The notes under the pieces were generated by a model. The model did no database searches. It was given only the letters and a program-made list of their open reading frames with translations, and had not been told where the DNA came from. Shown piece after piece: positions 51,485-64,000 of a stretch of 64,000 nucleotides of DNA. Position 1 is the stretch's first letter, and every line of letters begins with the position of its first letter. Position numbers and translations under genes: made by a program. The DNA comes from Rhina ancylostomus (Eukaryota): the NCBI GenBank assembly GCA_030265395.1, contig JARFYF010000029.1, positions 30,675,979 through 30,739,978 on the forward strand, given 5' to 3'.

Positions 51485-51589
51485 TCTGCGATGAAAATTT
51501 GTGTCCCCCTCCTGACAAGACCTGTGCAGTTGGAATGAAACTAGTGAAGAGACATGTTTCAGTGGCCTGCTGTCCTGATTGGCAGTGTG
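51485..51589 (+). CDS. OTOGL: otogelin-like exon, VWC-like repeat
   Basis: ctgcag|VCDENLCPPPDKTCAVGMKLVKRHVSVACCPDWQC G|gtaact. Confidence 0.9.
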
Positions 51590-51667
51590 GTAACTATGAG
51601 ATGAATTATTTATAACTTAATTATTTTTAGATCAAATCTCTCTGTTAATTATTCTCTTGTCTTGCAG

Positions 51668-51708
51668 ATTGCAGCTGTGAAAACACTACTATTAAGACGT
51701 GTAAAGTG
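51668..51708 (+). CDS. OTOGL: otogelin-like short exon after a 78-nt intron
   Basis: ttgcag|DCSCENTTIKTCKV|gtaagt. Confidence 0.88.
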
Positions 51709-52364
51709 GTAAGTTAATTATGCAACATGAATTAGTGTATTGCAATCTAGTCTGTCATTAGAACAAACCAGTTAAGAACGTAAAAGATTGACTCCAAAAT
51801 ATCCTTTTAAAATGACTATATTTAGACCTTAAAAGGATGACATATGCAGAAATACTGGAAATCTCTGATTAGCTCCCAGAATAAATTAACACCGCTTGCT
51901 TTTGTTATCAACGCAAGTATAGTTCAGAGAATCACAGATATTTATGATGCAGGAGACAATGATTCTGGAAGGAGAAGCAAGAGTTAACGTTTGGCGTCAT
52001 AGACCCTTCATTTGACCTGGAACATTAGCTGTGTCTCTTTCTATAGATGCTACGTGACCTGTTCCCAGTGTTTACTGTTTTTATTTTAGATTTCGAGCAC
52101 TTTAATTTAAAAAAAAGTTCATTAGCTATTAAAAGCTATTGTGCTTCAGCTACTTTTTGTTTAGGGCAGAAAATATTTAGCATGACCATTAAATGCTCAA
52201 AAGCAACATTGGTATTGTATCAGGCTCGGGGTGTATGTTTGACTTTATTTTTATGGTAATTTATGCAACCAAAAATATCATGAGAGTGCTGCAGTCTATC
52301 TGTGTTTCTTTTTACTATTTCTGTTCTTGCAAATGAACAAAGTTGGTTTTCCTTTCAGTGAATA

Positions 52365-52660
52365 TGTGAATACAAGAAAATAAGAGCAGGAGTCGACCAT
52401 TAGGCCTCTCAAGCCTGCCTTTCCATTCAATACGATTATGGTTAATCTATGCTGGCCTTAACTCCTCTTTTGTACTACTTTCATAATGCTCATCACCTTG
52501 ACCTTTCAAATATTTATCTATTTCCAAAGCTCTGGCCTCCACCACCCTTGGGGGCAGAGAATTGCAGAGATTCACTGCCTGATGAGAAAGGAAATTTTTA
52601 TGCACCTCAGTTTTAAATGACTGGTTCCTTATTTTGGTGCTATGTCCCCTTGCTTGTGAC
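52365..52660 (-). mobile_element. CR1 LINE 3' fragment
   Basis: aagagcaggagtcgaccatt..ccattcaatacgattatgg; ggcagagaattgcagagattcac. Confidence 0.75.
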
Positions 52661-52694
52661 TTATGAGTAATTTACTGTCTTGTTGAAATACCAG

Positions 52695-52758
52695 GGGGAA
52701 GTTCTAACAGAGGACCTAGGCTTTCAAGATGTCTGTGGCTGTACTCGTTCCATCTGCA
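52695..52758 (+). CDS. OTOGL: otogelin-like exon
   Basis: taccag|GEVLTEDLGFQDVCGCTRSIC A|gtaagt. Confidence 0.88.
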
Positions 52759-54490
52759 GTAAGTTCCCTGTAGATTTCCTGAACTTTAGCAGCTGTTAGC
52801 ATTGTAAGCTCTTGCTGGATGCCAAATATTCACACAGCAAGCCTGTACATCTGTTTGTGAATATTTATTGAAAGGGCCAACATATTCGATATTCATTTTA
52901 AAATGAATTGCAAACTGGCTTTTGGATTTTGTCATAATTTGTTCTTATTTTTGAAGTTTGTTGGTTAACCAAAATTGAAGCAGTTTTCTGTTCATCAAAG
53001 TACGGTATTCAGTCATAACTTCCTAAATATGCTAGCTGTGTTCTCTTTGGTTGATTTTACATATGATCGAGGAGAAATATATCCCTGGTTGCTGCACTGA
53101 GCTTGCAATATCCTGACAAATATGCATCACCAATTTTCATGAACATTTAATTATTGTTTTGTGCTCCCCAGTTGCAATAGTACAGAAATAGGATGTCTCG
53201 TGCTCAATGGATGGTTTCAATGGGCTTGAAGTATCAGTGGATGTTACACCGTTTAATAGAGTATTGCTGCACAAGCATCAATAGAGGTGATAGCTTGTCA
53301 GTTTCCAAAGGAACGCTCTTAAATGACTTCCAGTAATGAAACTGGTAGCCTGTGTTCTTAAGAGACAATAGTGTCCAATTAATGCAGGAAAGATACATGT
53401 AAACATTTCTTTTCAACACTACTTCTTGTTTGAATTTAATAATATTTTTGCGAGCTTGTTCGTATTTGTGGGTGTCTATAAGTCAGGCATTTGTAATTCA
53501 GGGAAGGCCTGTATTCCTTTTTCTTTTATCTCAAAGCTTTGTAGGGACAGATGGATGCCATGTAAATGCAGATGGAGGCCCTTGCCCTGCAGGATCACTC
53601 CAGCACTGCAGTGCAAGACTGGTACCTGAAATATAGCTTGTGACCACTCTGGTCAACTCTCATTAATGTTACCCTGGTAGTCTGCTGGAAAGCCCAAAGG
53701 ACTCTAGTTTCAATATTTCATCTAAGAGCAGACCTATTTTCTTTCACTAACTTTCAATATAGCTTTTAAACTGTTGCTTAACAGTTTTATATTTTATATT
53801 CTGGGTTTTCCTGTGTTGTTGACTTGTGGATGACTCTGAAGTGTCACAGACTCATTTTTTTAATGACTCTTGCTGCATATTCAGAAAATATATTTCATTC
53901 CATCTGCTTAGTCCAGATTTGAACCCAGATTCCAGAGGAGAATAGAGTGCCACTACTGATTCCTGTTTTCCTTTAACTCAACTTTTGGAACTATTTCCAT
54001 GAAATTGTTATGAGATACCATCTTCATAAAAATGAATTAAAGCCATGCATCATTATTAAATAGGTTCATGGTATAAATTAATTTTTCATGCATGTAGCTA
54101 AAATGTATTGCTTTGAAGCAGTTTCAATTATATTGTGTACAAACAAGGAGTCTGTAGGGGAGAAATTTGCCCTGGGTCATTTGCACTGGTACTTATTATA
54201 CACATCCGGACATATAGTTCCAGTGACACTGGACCGAATATCGAGGGCTGAGCATCATCAGTGCCTATTTGGCACTGCTGAACAAAGACAAACATCTCCC
54301 TCTTTATAAAGTTTATATTTCATTGGCATTTCATTTATATTCATTCACAGTTCTTTATTAAGTTAAACAGTACTTTGCTAAAACCTTAATTTTGCAAAAG
54401 AATACCCATAATTCACATTGTTTTCACTGAATAATTCTAATGAGAATGCATCTGTAATTATTAATTAGATTATGCATTTAATTGTTTCAG

Positions 54491-54669
54491 GAAAAGCTGA
54501 TGTCTGTCTCTTCCAAGGCGTCACTGCACTAAAACCTGGCCAGTCACTATTTCAGCACCTTGAAGGTGATCGATGTTACATAGCAAGTTGTTTCCAGCAT
54601 GCAGATCCAGCCACAGAATCCCCTTCAATGGAAGTGTCAATAGTTAACTGTTCAGAAAAATGCGAACCC
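54491..54669 (+). CDS. OTOGL: otogelin-like exon, VWC-like
   Basis: tttcag|..KADVCLFQGVTALKPGQSLFQHLEGDRCYIASC...VNCSEKCEP|gtgagt. Confidence 0.9.
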
Positions 54670-55959
54670 GTGAGTTTATAAATATAATCATTTGGTTTTT
54701 GAAAGTTTCAAAGTATGCCAAGGTTTTCTGTCGGTAGCTAAATTTTTCTATTTTAGAAAGAAGTCTTGTCTACCAGAATCACTTCAGTTTAACTTACTGA
54801 CTCTCTGAGTGCCAAAGTGGCTTTAACACAGATATTAAAATTATATTCCCTGCAACTATGAACATGCTGGGTCATCCCTACCCCCTTTCATCTGAACACT
54901 TTACAGCCTTTGTATTGGCCAAATATACCTGTGTTCTCCCAAGCTTTTTAGTTGTTCAAGTATGTATGGAATGGCTTTCTCTTTGTTCAGTTGGCAAGGG
55001 CACCTTCAGTGATCACTTCCCTTCCCTTCCCAAACCTACACCATCCTCTGGAATCCCTGTGTTTTCATTCTTGAACCTTTCATATGCATGTTGAGTCTTG
55101 TGAGCTTCCATATGGCTGCCATTGATGCACCACTCAATGTCTTCAGCAAATCCCTTCACTACTGCCCACTCTAACCCAACTTCTACTGCCTCTGTGCAGG
55201 TATCCAACATTCAACATGAGATGACTCTTAATCTCTACTCAGAAGACAGAAGTAATTGTTTCCATTCACAACTTTTCTCATGTCATTGATTTTGCCTGAT
55301 TCCTTATATTCAGACCTGGGCAGAACCAGGATGTTGTCCAGCCTATATCAGTTCCCTCCACTGATAACTATTTCATGTCCCTGTACATTGTTCATACACT
55401 TAAGGCAGAGATGAATTTACTAACTTGTACCAAACCGCAAAAGAGAAATTACCTCTTTGCATTGGTTACAAATTTGCTTGTGCGCAACTGTATTTATAAC
55501 ATTATAAAAGTNNNNNNNNNNNNNNNNNNNNNNNNNNNNNNNNNNNNNNNNNNNNNNNNNNNNNNNNNNNNNNNNNNNNNNNNNNNNNNNNNNNNNNNNN
55601 NNNNNNNNNNNATAACATTATAACAGTAAATTGTGCCAACTTGTGATACTTAGTACTAAACAAACGTAAAGCAGTGATTCATAACAACATTTCCTCCAAA
55701 TATGTCAGCAATATTTTAAAAAGCTGTTGCAGAAAGCACCACATTGAAGACTTTATTGTTGTGTGTACATCAAATGATACTTTTATGCAAGTACCATCAC
55801 CTGTGATGAGTTTTGTTGAGCTGGTATGTACAGGTTTGCAAATACATTGTTATTCATTAAAACATTCACTGAGGTGATAGCGATTTTCTTGGTGGCTTTC
55901 TTGATAAACCAACTCTGAGTTTTCTTGCCATTTAAGATGATGATTGTATTAATCAACAG

Positions 55960-56061
55960 CACCAAGTCTATGTTCCTTCAAGTGATCCCCATGTTTGCTG
56001 TGGAACCTGTACGAATATGTCATGCCCTTTTGAGGAAGAAGGGAGCCTAGTTTTGCACAAT
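55960..56061 (+). CDS. OTOGL: otogelin-like exon
   Basis: caacag|HQVYVPSSDPHVCCGTCTNMSCPFEEEGSLVLHN|gtaagt. Confidence 0.9.
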
Positions 56062-56876
56062 GTAAGTTATCTGATTAGCATGTTCCTATTCATTTAATAC
56101 CAATAACATGCAAGTCATTTTGCCCTTGAATTGATATGTTCAGATATATGTGGGAACATTTGTAAATCTATGAAATTGTGAGTTTGAAGTCACTAATTTC
56201 AGGTGAAAATGTGAACCTGTTTTTAGGGCCTGAGTTTGCACTGTTGTCTTTACCCAAAGAAGATTGGGTCTTCTATTAGACAAGGGTTAAGCTGGCATTA
56301 TGCCTTCCACCCTCTAAAACATCACCCGTTGTCCACTGCACATATCTGACAAGCAGCCATCTGCTAGACCTAACTGTGGGGGTTTGAAGATAGTTGATTG
56401 ATCAAAAAGGATACTGATTGGCAATACAAAATGTAGAAAGCCAAACCCGTTGAGTATTCCTGACCTTTTCTGCTTTTGAACACAAAAGGCAATTTAAGTT
56501 TCCAAGACTTGTTTGCAGAGAAAGTAATATTGTGTTATATCACAAGGAGTGGGATGAGATTGTGTTATGGATTAATTACTTTTAGATTGTAGATTAAAAG
56601 TATACAGATCAATACTTGTAAAATGCTATAAAGCAATTAAAATACTCAAAATTTTGTAACATTCTATATACATTTTATTTCCTCAGGCAGGCTTCAGAAG
56701 TGAAATTTGTTTGGATATATTTTGTTCCCTATTGGTTTAGACATTTATTTCATAAATATTCAGTGCACCACATTATTTCTTGAAGTCCTTAATAATAAGT
56801 TAAAATGAATTAGGAAAAATATATGTTGACTTTTGAAAATGTTTAAATTGATTTATATTAATTTTTTTCACTCCAG

Positions 56877-56996
56877 GCAGGAACCTCCTGGATTGCTGAC
56901 TGTATCAGATATGAATGTCTGGAGACAACTATTGGAGTCATGATGCTTGGCTCTGGAATAGTCTGCCCACCATTTAATGAGACTGAATGCATACAG
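56877..56996 (+). CDS. OTOGL: otogelin-like exon
   Basis: ctccag|AGTSWIADCIRYECLETTIGVMMLGSGIVCPPFNETECIQ|gtctgt. Confidence 0.9.
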
Positions 56997-57859
56997 GTCT
57001 GTACATTTGTTATCATAATAATACCATGTTCCTTCTGCAAGTTAAATAACCTTTAGAGAGCTATCCAACTTTTGGAATGGAAGCCTCTTATCATTGCCCA
57101 CAAGAGAAAGAGCTCCATATATACAGACAATCATAAAACAAAAAAATTGTAGATTTCCAGATGAGAAAGCAAAGCCTGCCATAGATACTGACACTCATAA
57201 ATGCCTACAAGTATACACTCACATATGCACACACGTTTAAACATCCCCTGCAAAAGCTAGCTGGCTGCTGCACACAAATTATTATTGCTTTTCACCTTTT
57301 GGTGTCAGATTTTGTCTACAACAATGTGTTGTGTTTCATGGTCTTTCATATTTGTTTGTATTCTTTTTCCTCTGCCTCTGCTCCCAATCTGGAACAGACA
57401 TCCTCAGTTCTTTAAACATTAGAGACTAGGATGTTTAGTAATCACTAGTGGTACAAAACTACTGTTCCTGAACCATCTTAAACTATTAAAGGGACTCTTT
57501 AATCTCCAGGCTCAGAATTTGGAGAGCTAAAATTGGCATTCAATCGCTTAACCTATTTGGCAATGTTAGGGGACTTGTACAACTGTTGATCAGCAATGTA
57601 CAAATAATTTAAAAAGTTATTAGTTACTTTGTTTAATCAATATATGAAAATTGGTTATACAATTAACGCAGGGCTCTTATTTCTTGCTTACTGATGCAAG
57701 TTGAACTGAAACAGTTCCTTCAATTCTGTGACTATTTTGTGATTTTGAGATTTCTAAATTTTAGTTACTGTTTTGAATAGCTTTGGAGGATTTTACTGTA
57801 AAGTATGGTTTATTATCAGGTTACCTGAAGTACAAACCATGTGCATAGAGACAAATATC

Positions 57860-58900
57860 TCTTACTGCTTTTTCTTGCTTCTTGATTTCAACCTTGAACA
57901 TGCCTGGCTTTCATTTTAGAACTATGTCCTCTTATTCTGGATTCTCACACCAGAGCAAACAGTCTTAAAACCATTGACTAGATTATCCCTCAATCATCTA
58001 TACTCAACAAATACAGGGCATGTTTTGCGCAACCAGTCCACGTAATTCTGGACATTCTCCCAGACTGCCATAACTGTCCTGTCAAGATGAAACACAGCAC
58101 TGCAGGTGGGTCTTGCCAAAAAAAACACCTGCAGCCCATCATTTTCCCTTGTATCCCAGGCCCCCAAAATAAAGGCTCTGTATACATTAGTTGTTGATTA
58201 TGTTAAAAGCTATTCACTAGCTTTTATTGATTTATATAGATAGACATCAACTGTGATTGGTCCTTCATTGTCTCTGGTTATTAGTCATTTTGAAAATACT
58301 TTGATTTGACTTCCTTTTAAAGTGATGATCTCAAATCCACTCGCATAGAACTTCAACCATCAAAATTTTCTGCACCCGTTTCATCTGCCCATGTTTCTTA
58401 AGTTGTGGCTTTCATCAGCATTGCTGACCATGTCTCCAAATTTACTATCTGAAAACTTGGACATACACTTTATTTTTCATTCACCTGAGTCATTATTAAG
58501 AAGCTGAGGCCTCAGTAGACTTCCCTGTGGATCTGTCCAGTCAGAATACATACTATTTATTCTGACTGATTTGTTTCCATCCAACTATCTCGCATTACAA
58601 GGTTGCCTCCAATTCCCCATAGTTTTACTTGTCCTAATCATTTCTTGTGTGGAAGCTTGTCAATTGCTTCTGGAAGCCCATGTAGAAACTTTCTCTTATC
58701 CACCATTTAAATTGCCTTAATAAATTTAATTAAATTATTTAGACATGACTAACGTTTCACATTTCTGATCAGCTTAAAATTGTCCAAGTGCTCAGTCACC
58801 CTGCCTCTGGATGGCAGAATTTAGATTTCATGATCAAATAGCATTAACCTTAATTAATGTGAGGCTGACAAATCTGAAGTTGCATGACTTCTCTTTCATG
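57860..58900 (-). mobile_element. highly degraded CR1-like LINE
   Basis: Reverse-complement RT remnants (cttgtgtggaagcttgtcaattgcttctggaagccc = DFQKxxDKLPH-like); boundaries approximate. Confidence 0.5.
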
Positions 58901-59728
58901 CTCTTCTTAAATCCAATCAGTTCCTCATTTGGACATAATATTTTAGTTTGCCTTGTAGCAGTGGTATTTTTGACCTTCCTCTATCATGACGATCACTAAC
59001 TTGGACACGGAGCTTCAAGTAAACACAGACTTTATATGTGGCAGTCAGTCTTTAACTGAGCAACAAGCATGGTCCAAACAGTATTTCAAGATATAACAAT
59101 ATGACACAATCTATTAAGTTAGTAGCAACCCATTAATCTTAATGTGTCACTCTCTCAAGCAGCTAATAGATGTAGAATGCGCTCAACAGTCAGGCAGGAT
59201 CTGTGTAGAGAGAAAAAGAGTTAATGCTTCAGGCTGACANNNNNNNNNNNNNNNNNNNNNNNNNNNNNNNNNNNNTCTGTGTCTTTATTGCTGACTTATG
59301 GTATTCCTTGTGTCCATCTTTAATTAGCACACTCTTTCCTCCACCACATCCTTCCCATGGAGGAGGATATTTACACTCAAACCAAATTGTCTGAATCAGC
59401 TGAATCTTGCAACTCTCTTGATTATTATTTATTGTTTTTTGAAAAGCCACTTAGTCCCATTCCAAGATTGTATATAACCTAATACTATAATAAAGACTTG
59501 TCAATTAAAGTTGTTTTTTCAAGAATTTCTGAATTCTCTGCTAAATTAAGTAACACTTAGCTTATGACATTTTATTTACAGAAAATAGGGTTTGGGCACT
59601 GAATACATGTCAAAGGAACGCACATGAAAAGTTTAGATCCATTGTCCTATGATGAAAATTTAATACAATATCCTCTGGTACTGAGATCTGTTTCTTCTGA
59701 TTATTTGCACTTTTTTCCTTTTATACAG

Positions 59729-59774
59729 AAAGGGGGAGTTGTAAAGCCTTACATGGACGGTTGCTGCAGGACTT
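59729..59774 (+). CDS. OTOGL: otogelin-like exon preceding the cystine-knot exons
   Basis: atacag|KGGVVKPYMDGCCRT T|gtaagt; no cystine-knot exon recognised before window end. Confidence 0.9.
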
Positions 59775-62700
59775 GTAAGTGAACAGGGCTGCATATTATG
59801 CTTGTTTGGCTTTGATTTTGGATAGCTGTGGTTCAATCCTGAATTGCTGGGAAAATGGAGTGAAAAAAGCATGTAGTAATTTAAATCAGTCTGAATGCCA
59901 GTTTGTTAAAATTGTAAACAACAGTTGTGAACTACTTGTTGCACTGCTTATTGGGGCTGCTGTTTCATAAATGCAGGCTGCTGATATGGTTAATCTCAAA
60001 TTTATTCTGGAGTATAACTGTTATATAAAGAAAAATAGAATTATTTATTCTAATCTTTCAAAGGGCAGTTTGGGAATACTATTCCTTGTTGATAAGGAAA
60101 GGATTAACTTTGAATCAAATCCATTTGAAAAGGAGGAAGAGAAATTCATCTTTGGATGCCAGCACCAAATGCTTGCAAGGATACTTATAGCCAGGTCTAC
60201 TTGTGTTTCAACCCTCACTTTCATTGAGTATGTACCAGTCAAGACTCTGTTTATTGCTAGTGATCAAAGATAAGTGTCTCCCCCAAACTCTTGGCAGAGT
60301 TCTGAAAGATGATGTTAAACTTTGAAGTATTTGTATTTTACCTTTTAAGCTTAAAGGTTTTGATCATGTACTGGACAATAAATGTAGTATAGCGTTTTTG
60401 GATTTCAATTATCTCTAACTTTGATAGATGGGAAGTAGAATGATGATATTCTTGAATCTTTCTCTTCCTAATATTTGGTTCCTTATTTTACATGTGTCCG
60501 TCTTTAATTTTGTTATTGCATTCTGTGTTCATTTTAATTTTTTAGTTGATCCTTTGCTTGGTACAATTTTTATTTAACTCTTTTTTCTTTCAACTTTTCT
60601 TAATGGCTTTTTCTTTTAATTTAGTGGGTAGTATCACTTTCATTTCCATGTGGTAATATACCTACCTCTCTGCTATACCATTCTAATTGTGAAATCCAAT
60701 GTTAAAATAACTAATGATAAAAGGAAGGCCTTGCAAACTAGTGAAATTAGCACATTTACCAGTTCCACAATTAAATATTTTCCTGAATGCTAATAGCTGG
60801 AATGATTACAAGTTAGTAGATATGCTCTGAACATGTTTAATAACCTGTCAAATTATTTTGGAATCAGTATCCTAGAGCTCTGGGAAGGAAGAGGTGGAAT
60901 TTGAATGAGACCCAGTTTTCCTGAGGCTTTTTGTTCTATAAGAATTTTGACAAGTTATAGTGGAACTGATCCATAATCCATGAGTTCCTTTGCATTTGGT
61001 ACTGCCAGTGACCTCGGGGGTAGGTGTGGGGTACTCAAAATTTATGTGGTCGGTTTGTGTATCCTGTTGATCCTGTTATCAATGTGCCACATTACATTAA
61101 ACTACATTAAACAATTGCTAGTGGTAATATTAGTTAGTGCTTTATTGCTCAAAGAAAATCATAAACCTATGGGAGCTGAACATTTCCTTGTAGGATTTTG
61201 GGAAATTTAGGGTAAACTGACCATGCCAGCAAAGGGTTGCAGTGTACTGACTAATCTATTTTGAATCTTCAATATACTTCGTAAAATATACATCCTAACT
61301 GAAATCCTTTGCAAAGGATCTAGTTCATGAGAATACAAAACTGTTATACTTCAGAATTATATATATATATTGTTTAAACTGTTGTGGCTGCAGGGAATGC
61401 ACCTAAATCCAAATCACCTGCTTACATGTGATTCTTTAGTGTTATTTTGATTTATAAACATGCCATCACAGACTAAAAGCATGTGCAGTTGAATGGCCTT
61501 TCAAGTTCATCACCAGCTTCTGTTCATATGCATTCCTTTTTGGCAGCAACACTTTTTTATACCAGCTTGAGTTAATGCATGCCAGATATATAAGATTTAA
61601 TTGTAATTTATGCTGTCATTTTATATTAAACTGATATTGATAATTCTGCCAGGTTCTGGATTGGGTTTATTACCTTTTACCATTAGTCCAGTAGTCCCAA
61701 CTGGTAGTACTAACTGTGACACAGGTACTATTCCCATTACATACTTACTTTATAATTTCAGTATTTTATCAATAACAAAATGTTCTATAAATTTATTATA
61801 TGTAAGATGCATGGTTTGGGTGCTATTTACAATAAGCACAGAATGAGTTTTGTGTTGTATGGAACTACATGGAAGCTACTTCACAAAAGCAATCATACAT
61901 CCCAACTTGCCTCTACTGGTTTTTACAATCCCAATAAATTACTCTAATTGTCTCTTGGAGATTATATTCATACATTCTCCTGTATTTTAACTAATGTTTT
62001 GTAAATTAGACAGGGACTGCTGACTGCATCCCAAATGATGTCCAGCAGGATTCTATTTCATAGAATGAGGAAATGGTTATACCACAGAAGAGAACATTTA
62101 GCCCATAATATTCATGCTGGCTCTCTATAAGGACAATTCTCTAATTCCACCCACCATCCCTTTCTCTATGGTCTTCCAAATTGATCTTACTGCATCTTTA
62201 TCTAATTCCCTCTTGAAGGCCACAATAGAAACTGCCTCTCCTGCACATAGTGTAGACTTATAGAAATAAACTTAACATTACCTCCACTTCTTTTGTATTT
62301 TATACAGCTTACCAGAATAAACCATCTCACACCTTGATATATCAAATCATATTGACTGTTAATCAACTCACATTGTGCACCTGTACCTTGGTACGGTTTG
62401 GTACCATGCAAAAATTTCAAGAGCACGTCTCTCATTTCTGAGACCAAATCTCTTAAGTATTTGGTGAACAAAAATTCATCCAGCACTGATCCATATGCAT
62501 ACACTATGAACAACGCACACTAAACAATTCATCCCAAATAACAGACCAGCTTTTACAATCTGCTGAAGGCTCCTCCAACTCTCATGATCTCCTTTTACCT
62601 TATTACCAAATCCCTTCAGTCTCAGAAAGTTCACTCCTCCTGTTCTCTGTTTCCTGAAGCCTCGTTCCACATGCCTTTGTCATGAATCAATTGTGTGGCA

Positions 62701-63479
62701 TTTTATCATAACTGCGTTTGTGTGTGGGAGTTTTATGGATTACTATTAAAACAGATTTGTTCTCACAATACTTGCAACTAATACTTTTCTACATAGACAG
62801 AACACACAGAAGTGGATGGAGGCCAATGCATTCCTGTAATGCTGCTTAACGGATTTTCAATGCATTTAAATTGATGGGTGGAAAATGAGGCAAACATTAT
62901 CATAGGCATGCACTCCCAATTTTTTTTCTGTTGCTGAAATGTTTACAGCTGAGCACATTAAGAATAAAATCTGCACTATTATCATTTTCACTGTTGAACT
63001 TATCATGCTTTATTCTTTAATCATCCCTTTTCCAACTAGTAACAGAACGATGCTCCCTTATTTCTTCTCCATGGCTCATGTGTGCATGTGCTGCTATCTG
63101 TAGCTGGAGAAACACTGAAGTGAATCTTTACGTCATCACTCCATCACACAAATAAAACAACGGCAAAGGATTTGGATCCCCCTCCCCCCATCTTCATATC
63201 TTTGTCAGCATTATATTTTTAAAGGAAATTTAAGATAATTGTGGCAGCCTCAAATTTCTAGGCCACTAATTAGGTGAGTCTGTATAACAGGCTAACCAGA
63301 GATGCAAATGCTGATGAATTTTCAGAAAATACAAGGTGGTACATGAGTAACCAGAGACAAGGCAAATGATAAGCTGTGGATGCATGGAAGAAACAGATGA
63401 TATTTAACCCATGGTTTCTAAAGTTTTCCATCACAGGCATTTTATTAACCTCCTGACTGGTCTGTTGTGAAATGACTGA

Positions 63480-64000
63480 CAGCATTTGATTACATGATTA
63501 GTCAACAATTCTGTTAATGTTGTACTATGTGACTACCAGTATGTCAGAAGACGGATGGGGCAACATTCATACCCATATAGATATATTTTGTGTGATGCTA
63601 GGACTGTGTATGAGGGAGTTTACCGTAAGTTTAACAAATGTGGATCCCACATGGGCAAATTAAAATATTTTCTGAACGACAAGAGTTTAGGAACACTGAA
63701 GGAGCTAAAGGATTTGGCTGCACCTGTGTGCAGACTATACTAAACTCTGGCAGTCAGGTGCAGATGATCAATGAGTTTACTGTAATGTTTGGCCTTTTTC
63801 CCCCAAAGGGGCTGAAATACAAATGGATAGAAGTTGAGCTGGAGTGAAATGAAACTCTGACTGGATGCTATTTCAAGGGTTGTATTGACCCCAAGGAATC
63901 GTACCTCAGGAAAGATATAGCTTTCGGAGGAGGACAGTATAGATTCAACAGAAAAATATTGTGGCTGAAGTTCTTAATTATCAGACCTGACTGCATAGAC
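63480..64000 (+). mobile_element. degraded CR1 LINE, continues past window end
   Basis: Remnants resembling CR1 ORF2 (KGLKYKWIEV; tacctcaggaaagatata; gtatagattcaacagaa). Confidence 0.55.

Larger units (their letters stand above)
1809..59774 (+). other. OTOGL: Otogelin-family gene body (otogelin-like; partial, 30 exons in window; start and cystine-knot end outside window)
   Basis: 30 exons with AG/GT boundaries and matching phases give a continuous ORF of ~1475 aa with VWD, C8, TIL, AbfB, PTS and VWC-like modules. The AbfB domain between D assemblies is diagnostic of OTOG/OTOGL. Family is secure; paralog (OTOGL vs OTOG vs third paralog) is uncertain. Confidence 0.85.

Noticed and set aside
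1809-59774. Whole gene as a pseudogene
   Set aside because: All 30 recovered exons are free of stops and frameshifts, with canonical splice sites and consistent phases.

Overview
AT-rich vertebrate genomic DNA, very probably from a cartilaginous fish (shark or ray), judged from its repeat content: CR1, L2, RTE and Rex1-type LINE fragments, V-SINE and DeuSINE-like elements, and a recurrent palindromic MITE. The window lies inside one large + strand gene of the otogelin family (OTOG/OTOGL, VWF/gel-forming-mucin superfamily). I traced 30 GT-AG exons from 1809 to 59774 that splice into one open frame of 4427 nt (~1475 aa). The domain order is TIL/E - VWD - C8 - AbfB beta-trefoil - TIL - ~278-aa Thr/Ser/Pro mucin exon - VWD - C8 - TIL - VWC-like Cys-rich repeats. 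The 5' exons and the cystine-knot exons lie outside the window. Main points of interest: (1) the protein mixes OTOGL-type and OTOG-type motifs and carries a mucin domain, so it may be a third paralog or ancestral-like otogelin; (2) about three expected exons cannot be found although the frame is preserved; (3) extra cysteines and a GDRH-to-SDRH change; (4) a young solo LTR with a 4-bp TSD next to a strong CTCF-like motif; (5) a short dispersed duplication. Comparisons to human OTOG/OTOGL are from memory, not alignments. No prokaryotic-type systems are present, and several N gaps limit conclusions.
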